Assembly: GCA_964365245.1 (NCBI GenBank)
Contig: CAYIOX010000002.1
Location: forward strand, 1 to 33,604
Length of the DNA stretch: 33,604 nucleotides
Origin: an uncultured Candidatus Saccharibacteria bacterium
GTDB taxonomy: Bacteria; Patescibacteriota; Minisyncoccia; Phycocordibacterales; UBA9973
Direction of reading: 5' to 3'
The translations under genes and the position numbers were made by a program. Of the stretch, positions 23,987 to 31,708 are shown piece by piece. Under the pieces are notes generated by a model. That model saw only the letters and a list, made by a program, of their open reading frames with translations. It had not been told where the DNA came from and ran no database searches. Each line of letters starts with the position of its first letter. Positions within the stretch are counted from its first letter, which is position 1.

Positions 23987-25204
23987 TTATTTTATACTGC
24001 CCAAAATTGAGTAAAGCGGAGAGATCATGGAAATAGCAAAAAATCCAACCCCCGCGCCAATGACGACCATCAACAATGGTTCAATGATAGTGGAAAGATT
24101 TTTAGTTTTGTTCTCAATCTCTCCTTCGTAAAACAAAGCGACTTCCAGCAACATATCCGACAACTTGCCGGTTTCTTCTCCGACTTGGATCATCTCTGAC
24201 ATCATCACGGGGTAAAGTTTACTATTGGCTTCAAAAACTGAAGAAAAGGAAGCCCCTTTTTCCACAGCAGTCTTGACCTCGTCTAAAACTTTTTGGTAGT
24301 AAACATTCTGCACCACATCTCCAGTGATTTCTACCGCGCGAGTTATGGAAACTCCAGCCAAAAGAAGCGAGGACATGGTGCGAGCGGTGCGAGCGGTGCT
24401 CAATTCTTTCGCCAAATTTCCAACAACTGGAATTCGCAAAACGATATAATCGATGTATTTAGTCATAAATTTAGCGCGAAAAAATGAGAACAGGCCAAAG
24501 GCGATAACGATTATAATCACAAAAGTCAATATCAAGTTATTAGAAAAGAAGTTGCCAAAAAAAATGAGAACACGAGTGGACGTCGGTAGAACAACGCCAA
24601 GCTCTTTGAAAGTGCTGGCAAGCGTCGGCACAACAAAAGCAAACATCAAAACACCAATGACAACCATGGCGGATAAAATGACTCCCGGGTAAATAAGCGC
24701 TCCTTTTATTTTTTTGGTCAAATTGTGCGATTTCTCCAAATTAATCCCGATATCGACAAGAGCGTTCGCCAAATTTCCCGCCTCTTCCCCAGCGCGCGTC
24801 ATTGACACAAAAAGTTTTGAAAAAACGTCAGGAGATTTGGCGAGCCCGGAAGAAAATGTCTCGCCAGAATTTATATCTCCGGAAAGAGAAGTCAAAACGT
24901 TGCTCAGTTTGACATTTTTTGTTTGTTTTTTTAAAACAGACAGCGCTCTATAGAGCGAAAGTCCCGCTTTTATCATTCCACTTAGATTTTTGGTCAAAAT
25001 AATTTGTTCACTGACGCTAACTTTTGAAAAAATACCGCTGAATGACGACACCTTGTCCATAAAATTATCGCTTTTCTCTTTGATCAATAGTGGTGTGTCT
25101 CCGCGACTCCGCAGTTCGCGAGCGAGCGCCAGACGATCAGTGGCATACAAAATGCCTTCCATAATTTCACCATCTTTTGATTTTGCCTTGTATGAAAAAA
25201 GCAT
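23987..25204 (-). CDS. pilC: Type IV pilus/T2SS platform protein (GspF/PilC family)
   Basis: 405 aa, two T2SS-F repeats, three TM segments. A perfect TTGACA (25232..25237, minus strand) lies in the 34-nt gap after pilB. Confidence 0.93.
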   Translation of the reverse strand: MLFSYKAKSKDGEIMEGILYATDRLALARELRSRGDTPLLIKEKSDNFMDKVSSFSGIFSKVSVSEQIILTKNLSGMIKAGLSLYRALSVLKKQTKNVKLSNVLTSLSGDINSGETFSSGLAKSPDVFSKLFVSMTRAGEEAGNLANALVDIGINLEKSHNLTKKIKGALIYPGVILSAMVVIGVLMFAFVVPTLASTFKELGVVLPTSTRVLIFFGNFFSNNLILTFVIIIVIAFGLFSFFRAKFMTKYIDYIVLRIPVVGNLAKELSTARTARTMSSLLLAGVSITRAVEITGDVVQNVYYQKVLDEVKTAVEKGASFSSVFEANSKLYPVMMSEMIQVGEETGKLSDMLLEVALFYEGEIENKTKNLSTIIEPLLMVVIGAGVGFFAISMISPLYSILGSIK

Positions 25205-25238
25205 ATTTTTATTTTTTATTTAAAGTGAACTTGTCAAA

Positions 25239-27017
25239 CTATTCTGAAACGACACGGAATACTTCTTCTAGGGTGGTAACGCCTAAAACCGCTTGATACA
25301 CTCCGTCTTCCAACATGGTCATCATGCCTTCTTTTTTCGCTTCTATTTCTATATCGTCCTGAGATTTTCCGGCAATAATCATTTCCTTGATGGCGGGCGT
25401 TACTTTTAGCACTTCGTGCATACCCATACGATTGGAATAACCGTCCTCAAATTCACTGCTCTTGACCGCTTTGTAAAAAGGAATTTTATCCCAAGTGTCT
25501 TTTGGACCCACAATGTTCTCAGTTTTCAAAAAACCCAACACTCTGTCCAAATCGACAACCTTAGCTAAATTTTTTATTTCCGCAGGCGATAAAAAATATT
25601 TTTCCTTGTTTGGAGTAAGTCTGCGCACCAGTCTTTGCGCGATAATAGTCTTGACTGTAGCTGTTATCAAAAATGGTTCAACGCCCATATCTATCAATCT
25701 GGGTATCGCGCCAGAAGCGCTATTGGTGTGAATAGTAGATAGAACCAAATGACCAGTGAGAGAAGCATTGATCGCCAATCCCGCAGTCTCGCCATCACGA
25801 ATCTCTCCCACCATCACTATATCTGGATCTTGACGCAAGAGGGAACGAAGTCCGTTGGCAAAAGACAAACCTATTTCCGGTTTTACTTGTGTTTGATTGA
25901 CTCTCGGCATTTGATACTCGATAGGATCTTCCACAGTGGAAATATTTACCTCGGGCTTGTTTAAGATATCAAGCATTGTGTATAGGGTGGTGGTTTTTCC
26001 CGAACCAGTAGGTCCAGTGGCCAGTACCATTCCCGTTTTTTGCGAAAGAGACGCATGTATTCGCTCTAATCCTTCCCCATGAAAACCAAGCGTCTCCAAA
26101 GAAAATCCATGCGTATTTTCTTTTAAAATTCTCATCACAGTCTTCTCTCCAAAAAAAGTCGGCAAGGTGGAAACACGAAAAGAAATTTTTTCTCCATCTT
26201 GTTCTTTTTTAAATCTACCGTCTTGAGGCAATCTTTTTTCATCCAGCTTTAAATTGGAAAGCACCTTAATGCGCGCGGTGATCCCCGCGCCGGCAGTCTT
26301 GTCCAAGACCATAGCGTCATGCAATATGCCATCTATTCTGTAACGCACCGTAAGCTCGCGTTCTCCTGGTTCAATATGAATATCGGACGCATTTTGCAAA
26401 ATCGCGTGAAAAATCAGAGAATCAACAATTTTCACAACCGGCAAATCTTCGGCTAGATCTTTTAATTCTGTTTCGGACTTTTCATTTAATTGTTCTTCGC
26501 CTTCCTTTTCCTTGTTTTTTTCGTCTGCGGAAATTTCAAGCTCTTTGGATTCTTTTTGGATAATATTTTGAAATTCAGCCTTCAAACTTTTCCTATATTG
26601 GACGAGCACAGACTTGATCGAAGCCGTATCAGTCAATCGAGGTAAAATTTTAAGTCCAGAACGCTTCTTGATAAAATCAATCACCGGCAAATCATCGACG
26701 TCGAGCATGGCCACTTCCAAACCATGTTCGCTTTTAGTGTAAGCGACGATGTTGTCGTTGCGCGCAATCGGCTCAGGAATCAGAGAAAGCACGGAGAAAT
26801 CTATCTTCCTGTCGATCAAGCTGACAAACGGTATTCCGAGCACATACGCCTCCGTCCGTTTCAAGTCGGTCTCAGATATTTTCCCTTCGGAAAGCAAAAT
26901 GTTCCCGATTTTTTGTTTTTTATTTTCGGATATCTTTAACGCAGATTCAAAATCTTTCTTGGAAACAATCCCCAACTCTAAAAGAAACTTTTTAAACTGC
27001 TCTTCGTCTATTTGCAT
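25239..27017 (-). CDS. pilB: Type IV pilus assembly ATPase (GspE/PilB family) with an N-terminal T2SSE_N/MshEN-like domain
   Basis: Walker A GPTGSGKTTT, Walker B DPDIVMVGEIRD, His box LVLSTIHTN. There is no Cys anywhere in the protein, so the usual tetracysteine motif is absent. Confidence 0.95.
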   Translation of the reverse strand: MQIDEEQFKKFLLELGIVSKKDFESALKISENKKQKIGNILLSEGKISETDLKRTEAYVLGIPFVSLIDRKIDFSVLSLIPEPIARNDNIVAYTKSEHGLEVAMLDVDDLPVIDFIKKRSGLKILPRLTDTASIKSVLVQYRKSLKAEFQNIIQKESKELEISADEKNKEKEGEEQLNEKSETELKDLAEDLPVVKIVDSLIFHAILQNASDIHIEPGERELTVRYRIDGILHDAMVLDKTAGAGITARIKVLSNLKLDEKRLPQDGRFKKEQDGEKISFRVSTLPTFFGEKTVMRILKENTHGFSLETLGFHGEGLERIHASLSQKTGMVLATGPTGSGKTTTLYTMLDILNKPEVNISTVEDPIEYQMPRVNQTQVKPEIGLSFANGLRSLLRQDPDIVMVGEIRDGETAGLAINASLTGHLVLSTIHTNSASGAIPRLIDMGVEPFLITATVKTIIAQRLVRRLTPNKEKYFLSPAEIKNLAKVVDLDRVLGFLKTENIVGPKDTWDKIPFYKAVKSSEFEDGYSNRMGMHEVLKVTPAIKEMIIAGKSQDDIEIEAKKEGMMTMLEDGVYQAVLGVTTLEEVFRVVSE

Positions 27018-27023
27018 CTTAAC

Positions 27024-27029
27024 ATTATA
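27024..27029 (-). promoter_or_regulatory. -10 hexamer TATAAT, 6 nt upstream of the pilB ATG at 27017
   Basis: Minus strand reads ...aaggTATAATgttaagATG. Confidence 0.45.
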
Positions 27030-27174
27030 CCTTACAGTTAATTTTTTTAAAAATCTTTGTGGTGTGGACAGAAAGGCAAATATGGTATATGCTTCTGCTT
27101 GATAAAAGTTCCAAACTGTGGTCTAGCTAGTCTGGGCCACAAAACAATAACGTCCTTTGAAAGCTGAAAACATT

Positions 27175-27987
27175 ATGAAGAAAACGCAGATGCTCTTGAT
27201 AAGTCTCGTCCTGGTATTGTGCCAGGCTCGAGCAGAAATAACCGCAACCTCGTTCATGACGCTCGCCCCGAACCTCAGCATGTCTCCCGACGCGGGAGCT
27301 TTCTTTAACAACTTACTCATGGCAATCCAGACCGGCGCTTCGCAAGCGGGGGTTCCTGGAACGCCGTCAGAGGTCTCATTTTTACAAGGCCCAGAGGCTT
27401 CCATTAGTCTCGACAGAATGATATCCACGGACTATCATTCATGGGGACCAGAAGTGAATCCCCCGGCGCCTTACAGCTCTCAATATGGGGGTTCGCTACT
27501 CCTCGGAGTATGCATTGATGGCAATGGGGAAAGATTTTTACCCCAAAGCATCAGACTGACCCAAGTCTCGACAGACCCTTACGACCTGTTCTCCTACACC
27601 GTGACAGGAACTATCTCGTATTGGAGTACATATGTTCGAGGAATGACGTATGACATCAAGAATGGAACGGAAAACTGGCTAACAAGTGGCTCAGTAACTG
27701 AAGTTCCTAAAGCTATGATACTCTACGCCATATCGGTAGTTCCAGGAGAGACAACCGGAACTCCGGAACAAATCCAAAATCGGACATTGTCTGATTGGGA
27801 ACAAGGGTTTTACATCACACCGGAATGGAAAGTGGGAGGCACCACCGAGAGCGGAAATCCGTTTCAAATAATTCTGCCGGCGGACAACATTCAGATCGTC
27901 CCCGAGCCCTCAATCATCACTCTGTTCCTAGCGGGACTGGGCATCATCGTCTTCGTAAAATTCGCGAGACGAAACGAGTCAGGATAA
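27175..27987 (+). CDS. Secreted protein with a C-terminal PEP-CTERM sorting signal, on a G+C-rich single-gene island
   Basis: Signal peptide MKKTQMLLISLVLVLCQARA|E. C-terminus IVPEPSIITLFLAGLGIIVFVKFARRNESG (PEP motif, TM helix, basic cluster). ATG 27175 is preferred over the ORF-track TTG at 27157. Codon usage (ctc, gcg, ccg, gac) is unlike the neighbours. Confidence 0.8.
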   Translation: MKKTQMLLISLVLVLCQARAEITATSFMTLAPNLSMSPDAGAFFNNLLMAIQTGASQAGVPGTPSEVSFLQGPEASISLDRMISTDYHSWGPEVNPPAPYSSQYGGSLLLGVCIDGNGERFLPQSIRLTQVSTDPYDLFSYTVTGTISYWSTYVRGMTYDIKNGTENWLTSGSVTEVPKAMILYAISVVPGETTGTPEQIQNRTLSDWEQGFYITPEWKVGGTTESGNPFQIILPADNIQIVPEPSIITLFLAGLGIIVFVKFARRNESG

Positions 27988-28016
27988 CAAATCCAACTTT
28001 CAACATCTTCAAAAGA

Positions 28017-28047
28017 GCCGGACATAGCAACTCCGGCCTTTTTTTAT
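28017..28047 (+). terminator. Rho-independent terminator after the PEP-CTERM gene
   Basis: GCCGGA-catagcaac-TCCGGC followed by cTTTTTTTaTTTTT. Confidence 0.7.
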
Positions 28048-28068
28048 TTTTAATTTTCTAAAATTATT

Positions 28069-29433
28069 TTAGTCTTCTATAAATCCCGGTCCTTTCTGTT
28101 CTGAGCACGTTTTATCATCATCAGTCTCTACATCAGGATTAGAGCCAAGACAAGTCCATGTAACTCTAGAAGGTAAGTTTCGGTGATCTGCGCTTCCATT
28201 TAAAGATTGACAATTATAGTGAGTTGGTGCACAAATCCCAATACCAACACCACCAGAATAAGCATAAGTAAACGTAACAGTTTTCTTGGGATTAGTGGAA
28301 CTCAGTGTAACCGAATATTGACTTATATTGCCATTGATAGTATTACATGGTGTTGTGCCACCAGTATTACAGATTTTTAATTTGGTAATAGTATAACCAG
28401 AATCGGACAGAGTAGGATCAACTTTAACTTCATAAGTGCCAAAATCTTTAGGATATGTTCCTCCAGTTTCGCAAGAACCTGCCGTTCCCACAACATTTCC
28501 ACCTATATAACAAGATCCAGAAGGAAGCGAACCCACACTACCCATCTCTCTTACTATAGTGATAGAAGAAGCGCTATTTCCTGGTGGAGTGACACATGTA
28601 GACCAATCACTGTTGCCATTTGCGCAAATATGAGAGCATCCATCGTTATTGTCTGGACCGTTTAGACCATATTGAGGAAGACTATAATTTGTATCATTAA
28701 CTATCCTGCAACCCCACTTAGGAGCAGTGCAAGTGGCAACCGTTGCGCCCGATCCGCAAGACCAATTCCATGCTTGAGATCCGATAGTCGTTGTATCTGG
28801 TAGAGCAGAAAAAGTGCCTTGCGCGCAGGCAGATGTTCCAATTGGTTCTATTTGTTGTGGAGTAGAGCCACTGCCAGGACCGCAAGAAGCAGATGTGGAT
28901 CCAATAATAATGCCACTGAAATCAACCGAACCAACCACATCGGAACCCCATGCATATCCTGTTAAGTTTGTGCCTGACTGTGTCACTCCATAATTATTAC
29001 CCGCAAGAGAAATCCAGCCATCCCAGCCACCCAGTTCTGAATTTGATTTCAAAGCCCCAGAACAATTAGATTGAAAAACGGAACAAGCCCTAACCCAACC
29101 GACGAGAGAGTTTCCAGACATTCTAGCATCTGTTCCAGTAGTGCCACCTCCACTTGGCCAACCGGAAAGTCCTCCGAATTGTATCCAGCCAATATTTGAG
29201 GACCAAGCGTAACCAGGACGAGAACATAAATCATCGCCACAAAATCTTCCGCCAGGAGTTTTATGAACACCATAATTAACTGCCGAATGGTCATTTGTGG
29301 AATTAAAACTAATCCAGCCGATATTGGAAGATAAAGCCCAACCAGACATATTGTGTTCAGTTCCGGCAAAAGCCACAAAAGGCGACAAGAAGAAAACAAA
29401 CGCAAAGACAATTTTTAAAAAATAAATCTTCAT
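28069..29433 (-). CDS. Secreted Cys-rich protein with N-terminal Trp-rich repeats; uncharacterised family
   Basis: Signal peptide MKIYFLKIVFAFVFFLSPFVAFA|G (start at ATG 29433). Five repeats of the type GWALSSNIGWISF / GYAWSSNIGWIQF / GWDGWISLAG / GYAWGSDVVGSVDF. About 20 Cys, and the motif WxWxCxGS occurs twice (AWNWSCGSG, VTWTCLGSN). Confidence 0.8.
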   Translation of the reverse strand: MKIYFLKIVFAFVFFLSPFVAFAGTEHNMSGWALSSNIGWISFNSTNDHSAVNYGVHKTPGGRFCGDDLCSRPGYAWSSNIGWIQFGGLSGWPSGGGTTGTDARMSGNSLVGWVRACSVFQSNCSGALKSNSELGGWDGWISLAGNNYGVTQSGTNLTGYAWGSDVVGSVDFSGIIIGSTSASCGPGSGSTPQQIEPIGTSACAQGTFSALPDTTTIGSQAWNWSCGSGATVATCTAPKWGCRIVNDTNYSLPQYGLNGPDNNDGCSHICANGNSDWSTCVTPPGNSASSITIVREMGSVGSLPSGSCYIGGNVVGTAGSCETGGTYPKDFGTYEVKVDPTLSDSGYTITKLKICNTGGTTPCNTINGNISQYSVTLSSTNPKKTVTFTYAYSGGVGIGICAPTHYNCQSLNGSADHRNLPSRVTWTCLGSNPDVETDDDKTCSEQKGPGFIED

Positions 29434-29450
29434 AATTTTAATTATGATCT

Positions 29451-29957
29451 CTAGGGATTGCAACAATATATAGCGCCCACATCAGCATCACTGCTACCAG
29501 CGTCCATTCGACTTATTTTTAATCCCGCCACATATTTACCTGATGGACACATAACAGTCTCGCCAGCGGTTTCAAATGTTCCAACAGAAGCAGTCCATTC
29601 ACAACTATTTTGTGTCAACGTAGTGCTTCCTCCTCCACTCACCGTCCCCCACTTTACCTTTCCATTGTTCAAATCAGAAGAATCAGCCATCAGAACTTGA
29701 CCTGCGGTTGGCGGTATTAAACCACTTGGAATAAATTTTAAATCTCCAACTATGCCAAGCCCTCCCACAGTCAAAGGACCTCCCTTTGTTTGGGGTAAAC
29801 TACCCACATTTATAGGAGCATCACAACCAGGCTGGCCAGAGGGACAATTGGGCGGACTATCGAGTGGAGCAGTGAAAGCTGACACATATCCCGCCCCCAC
29901 AACAACAATCAAACCCAACGTTATTATCTTTATATTTTGTATTATTTTTGTTTTCAT
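29451..29957 (-). CDS. Small secreted Cys-containing protein; uncharacterised
   Basis: Signal peptide ...VVVGAGYVSA|FTAPLDSPPNCPSGQPGCDAPINVGSLPQTKGGPLTVGG. Six Cys, ending IYCCNP. Only 8 nt downstream of the preceding ORF. Confidence 0.7.
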   Translation of the reverse strand: MKTKIIQNIKIITLGLIVVVGAGYVSAFTAPLDSPPNCPSGQPGCDAPINVGSLPQTKGGPLTVGGLGIVGDLKFIPSGLIPPTAGQVLMADSSDLNNGKVKWGTVSGGGSTTLTQNSCEWTASVGTFETAGETVMCPSGKYVAGLKISRMDAGSSDADVGAIYCCNP

Positions 29958-29965
29958 ATTTTTAA

Positions 29966-30178
29966 TTATTTTTTATTTAATGATTTCGACATGGCGTCTA
30001 ATTTTGATCTAAATTGAGGTGTTTGTTCCTGAACAGTGAGACTTTGAGACATTTCAGTTAGTTTTTGCGCGGGGTTGGGGGGAGATGGAGACTTCGGTTG
30101 AAAAGAATAATAAAAAATAAGCACTCCTAAAATAAGGACAACGAAAACAATCAACGCGACTTTTATATTTTTATTCAT
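29966..30178 (-). CDS. Small single-pass membrane protein (70 aa), first gene of the secreted-protein operon
   Basis: TM helix VALIVFVVLILGVLIFYY followed by a Pro/Ser/Gln-rich tail. Support is position and hydrophobicity only. Confidence 0.45.
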   Translation of the reverse strand: MNKNIKVALIVFVVLILGVLIFYYSFQPKSPSPPNPAQKLTEMSQSLTVQEQTPQFRSKLDAMSKSLNKK

Positions 30179-30324
30179 ATTAGACTAGGTTAAGTATAAA
30201 ACAAAAAGAGTTGCAAAAGTAATAGAGAGTGTGGATAACTAATTTTGTCAAAAATAACATAAGTTTTCTCGCATTCAAATAGTTTGCATTAAAATAAAAC
30301 TTATGATATTCTCACAGAGTAAGA

Positions 30325-30353
30325 GTCCTGTCGCAACAGGGCTTTATTTTTTT
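30325..30353 (+). terminator. Orphan Rho-independent terminator (no upstream plus-strand gene)
   Basis: GTCCTGT-cgca-ACAGGGC (7 bp including one G-U) followed by TTTATTTTTTT. Confidence 0.6.
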
Positions 30354-30387
30354 AGAAAAATAACGAACGAGGTGAGTATATTTTTCT

Positions 30388-30464
30388 TATCCCGTTAGAG
30401 AACGCCCTCCCGCAAAGCGAGAGTGGCTTCGGTCACCTTGGGGCGACCTTTCTCTAACGGGATA
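30388..30464 (+). promoter_or_regulatory. 77-nt highly structured element in the nusA leader (candidate attenuator or ncRNA)
   Basis: 15-bp perfect outer stem (30388..30402 with 30450..30464). Inner stem CGCCCT/GGGGCG. Two internal hairpins, one being tggC-UUCG-Gtca (the classic cUUCGg tetraloop). Followed by cggATTTTTAT. Confidence 0.45.
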
Positions 30465-30501
30465 CGGATTTTTATAGTCATTACATTCCTTAAAAATCAC
30501 T

Positions 30502-31689
30502 ATGTTAGACCTAAAAACATTCAAATCAGCGTTAGAACAACTGGAAGAAGAAAGAAAAATTCCAAAAGAAAAAATATTGGAAGCAATAGAACAAGCAATG
30601 GCCGCCGCCTACAAAAAAGACTACGGGAAAAAAGGACAAATTATCCGAGCCAAACTTGATATTGAAACAGGAAAGACCGATTTCTTTCAAGTAAAAATAG
30701 TTGTGGATGAAACTATCGCCATTTTGGATGAGAGTAAAAAAAATGAAGGAGAGTATTCCATCAAAGATGCCTCGGATGAGAGGGTGCATTTCAACGCGGA
30801 ACATCATATCCTTTTAGAAGATGCCAAGAAAATAAAGAAAGGGGTGGAATTAAATGATGAAATCATTTTTCCATTGGAATCAAAAGACGACTATGGACGT
30901 ATCGCCGCGCAGACAGCCAAACAAGTCATAATTCAGAAAATCCGCGAAGCAGAACGCACATCCATCATCGATGAATATGGAACAAAAGAGGGCGAGATAA
31001 TCGGAGGCATAGTGCAAAAAGTGGAGAGAGGAAATGTCTATGTCGATTTCAATCGCGCCACCGGCATATTGCCGACAGAGGAACAAATTCCGGGAGAATT
31101 TTTCCAGAGAGGCCAGCGTATTCGAGCTTATCTATACAGCGTAGAAGATACGCCCAGAGGCATCAACTTGCGTCTTTCCCGCACCCACCCAAAATTCATA
31201 GAGAAACTTTTTGCCATGGAAGCGCCAGAAATCCAAAATGGAATAGTGGAAATAAAATCGGTGGCCAGAGAAGCCGGTGCCCGTTCCAAAATGGCGGTCT
31301 TTTCAAATGACGAACACATCGACGCTGTCGGCTCATGCGTCGGACAAAAAGGCACGCGAGTAAACACCATTACACAAGAATTAGGTGGCGAGAAAATTGA
31401 CATTATACCTTGGTCCAGCGATGCTAAAGTTTTTGTCTCTAATTCTATTTCTCCAGCCAAGGTCATCTCCATTGAAATAAATACGGAGGAACACAAGGCC
31501 ACAGTGGAAGTCGCTGACGATCAGCTCTCACTCGCTATCGGCAAAGGTGGACAAAATGTGCGTCTAGCGGCTAAACTTACCGGCTGGAGAATAGATATCA
31601 AAGGTGATGGCGAAATAGTTGAAGAGGCTAAATCCAGCGAAGCTGGATCGCCCGACGCTTCTACTGAAGCGTTTAGGGAAGAGAAATAA
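30502..31689 (+). CDS. nusA: Transcription termination/antitermination factor NusA
   Basis: 395 aa. N-terminal domain, S1 (GEIIGGIVQKVERGNVYVDF), KH1 CVGQKGTRVN and KH2 AIGKGGQNVRLAAKLTGWRIDI. Confidence 0.95.
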   Translation: MLDLKTFKSALEQLEEERKIPKEKILEAIEQAMAAAYKKDYGKKGQIIRAKLDIETGKTDFFQVKIVVDETIAILDESKKNEGEYSIKDASDERVHFNAEHHILLEDAKKIKKGVELNDEIIFPLESKDDYGRIAAQTAKQVIIQKIREAERTSIIDEYGTKEGEIIGGIVQKVERGNVYVDFNRATGILPTEEQIPGEFFQRGQRIRAYLYSVEDTPRGINLRLSRTHPKFIEKLFAMEAPEIQNGIVEIKSVAREAGARSKMAVFSNDEHIDAVGSCVGQKGTRVNTITQELGGEKIDIIPWSSDAKVFVSNSISPAKVISIEINTEEHKATVEVADDQLSLAIGKGGQNVRLAAKLTGWRIDIKGDGEIVEEAKSSEAGSPDASTEAFREEK

Positions 31690-31708
31690 ATTATTATTAA
31701 ATAAATTG

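Noticed and set aside
24377-24399. Tandem 9-nt duplication GGTGCGAGC x2.5 in pilC, encoding TARTAR.
   Set aside because: It is in-frame, tiny and lies in a region where PilC homologs already have A/R/T-rich sequence. It is most simply a neutral slippage duplication.
27123-28061. ORFs 27123..27428 (-) and 27795..28061 (+) in the PEP-CTERM island.
   Set aside because: Shadow ORFs are typical of G+C-rich DNA. Their translations are Arg/His/Ser-rich with no signal or motif, and they overlap the well-supported PEP-CTERM frame.
29049-30012. ORFs 29049..29411 (-), 29458..29700 (+) and 29752..30012 (+) overlapping the secreted-protein operon.
   Set aside because: They are off-frame or antisense to ORFs that have signal peptides and repeat structure, and nothing independent supports them.
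30311-30340. GAGTAAGAGTCCTG resembles the RNase P RNA P4 segment GAGGAAAGUCC.
   Set aside because: The non-coding gap has no room for an RNase P RNA of about 350 nt, the match is partial, and the segment forms the 5' arm of a simple terminator hairpin.
30388-30464. Considered a tRNA or tRNA-like gene because of its 77-nt length and closing stem.
   Set aside because: The closing stem is 15 bp. There is no D-arm or T-arm arrangement, no GTTCRANYC-type T-loop and no plausible anticodon loop.
30423-30659. 78-aa basic ORF overlapping the structured leader and the nusA start.
   Set aside because: It is in a different frame from nusA, and its Arg/Lys-rich low-complexity translation arises from the A-rich nusA 5' region. 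The upstream part is better explained as RNA structure.
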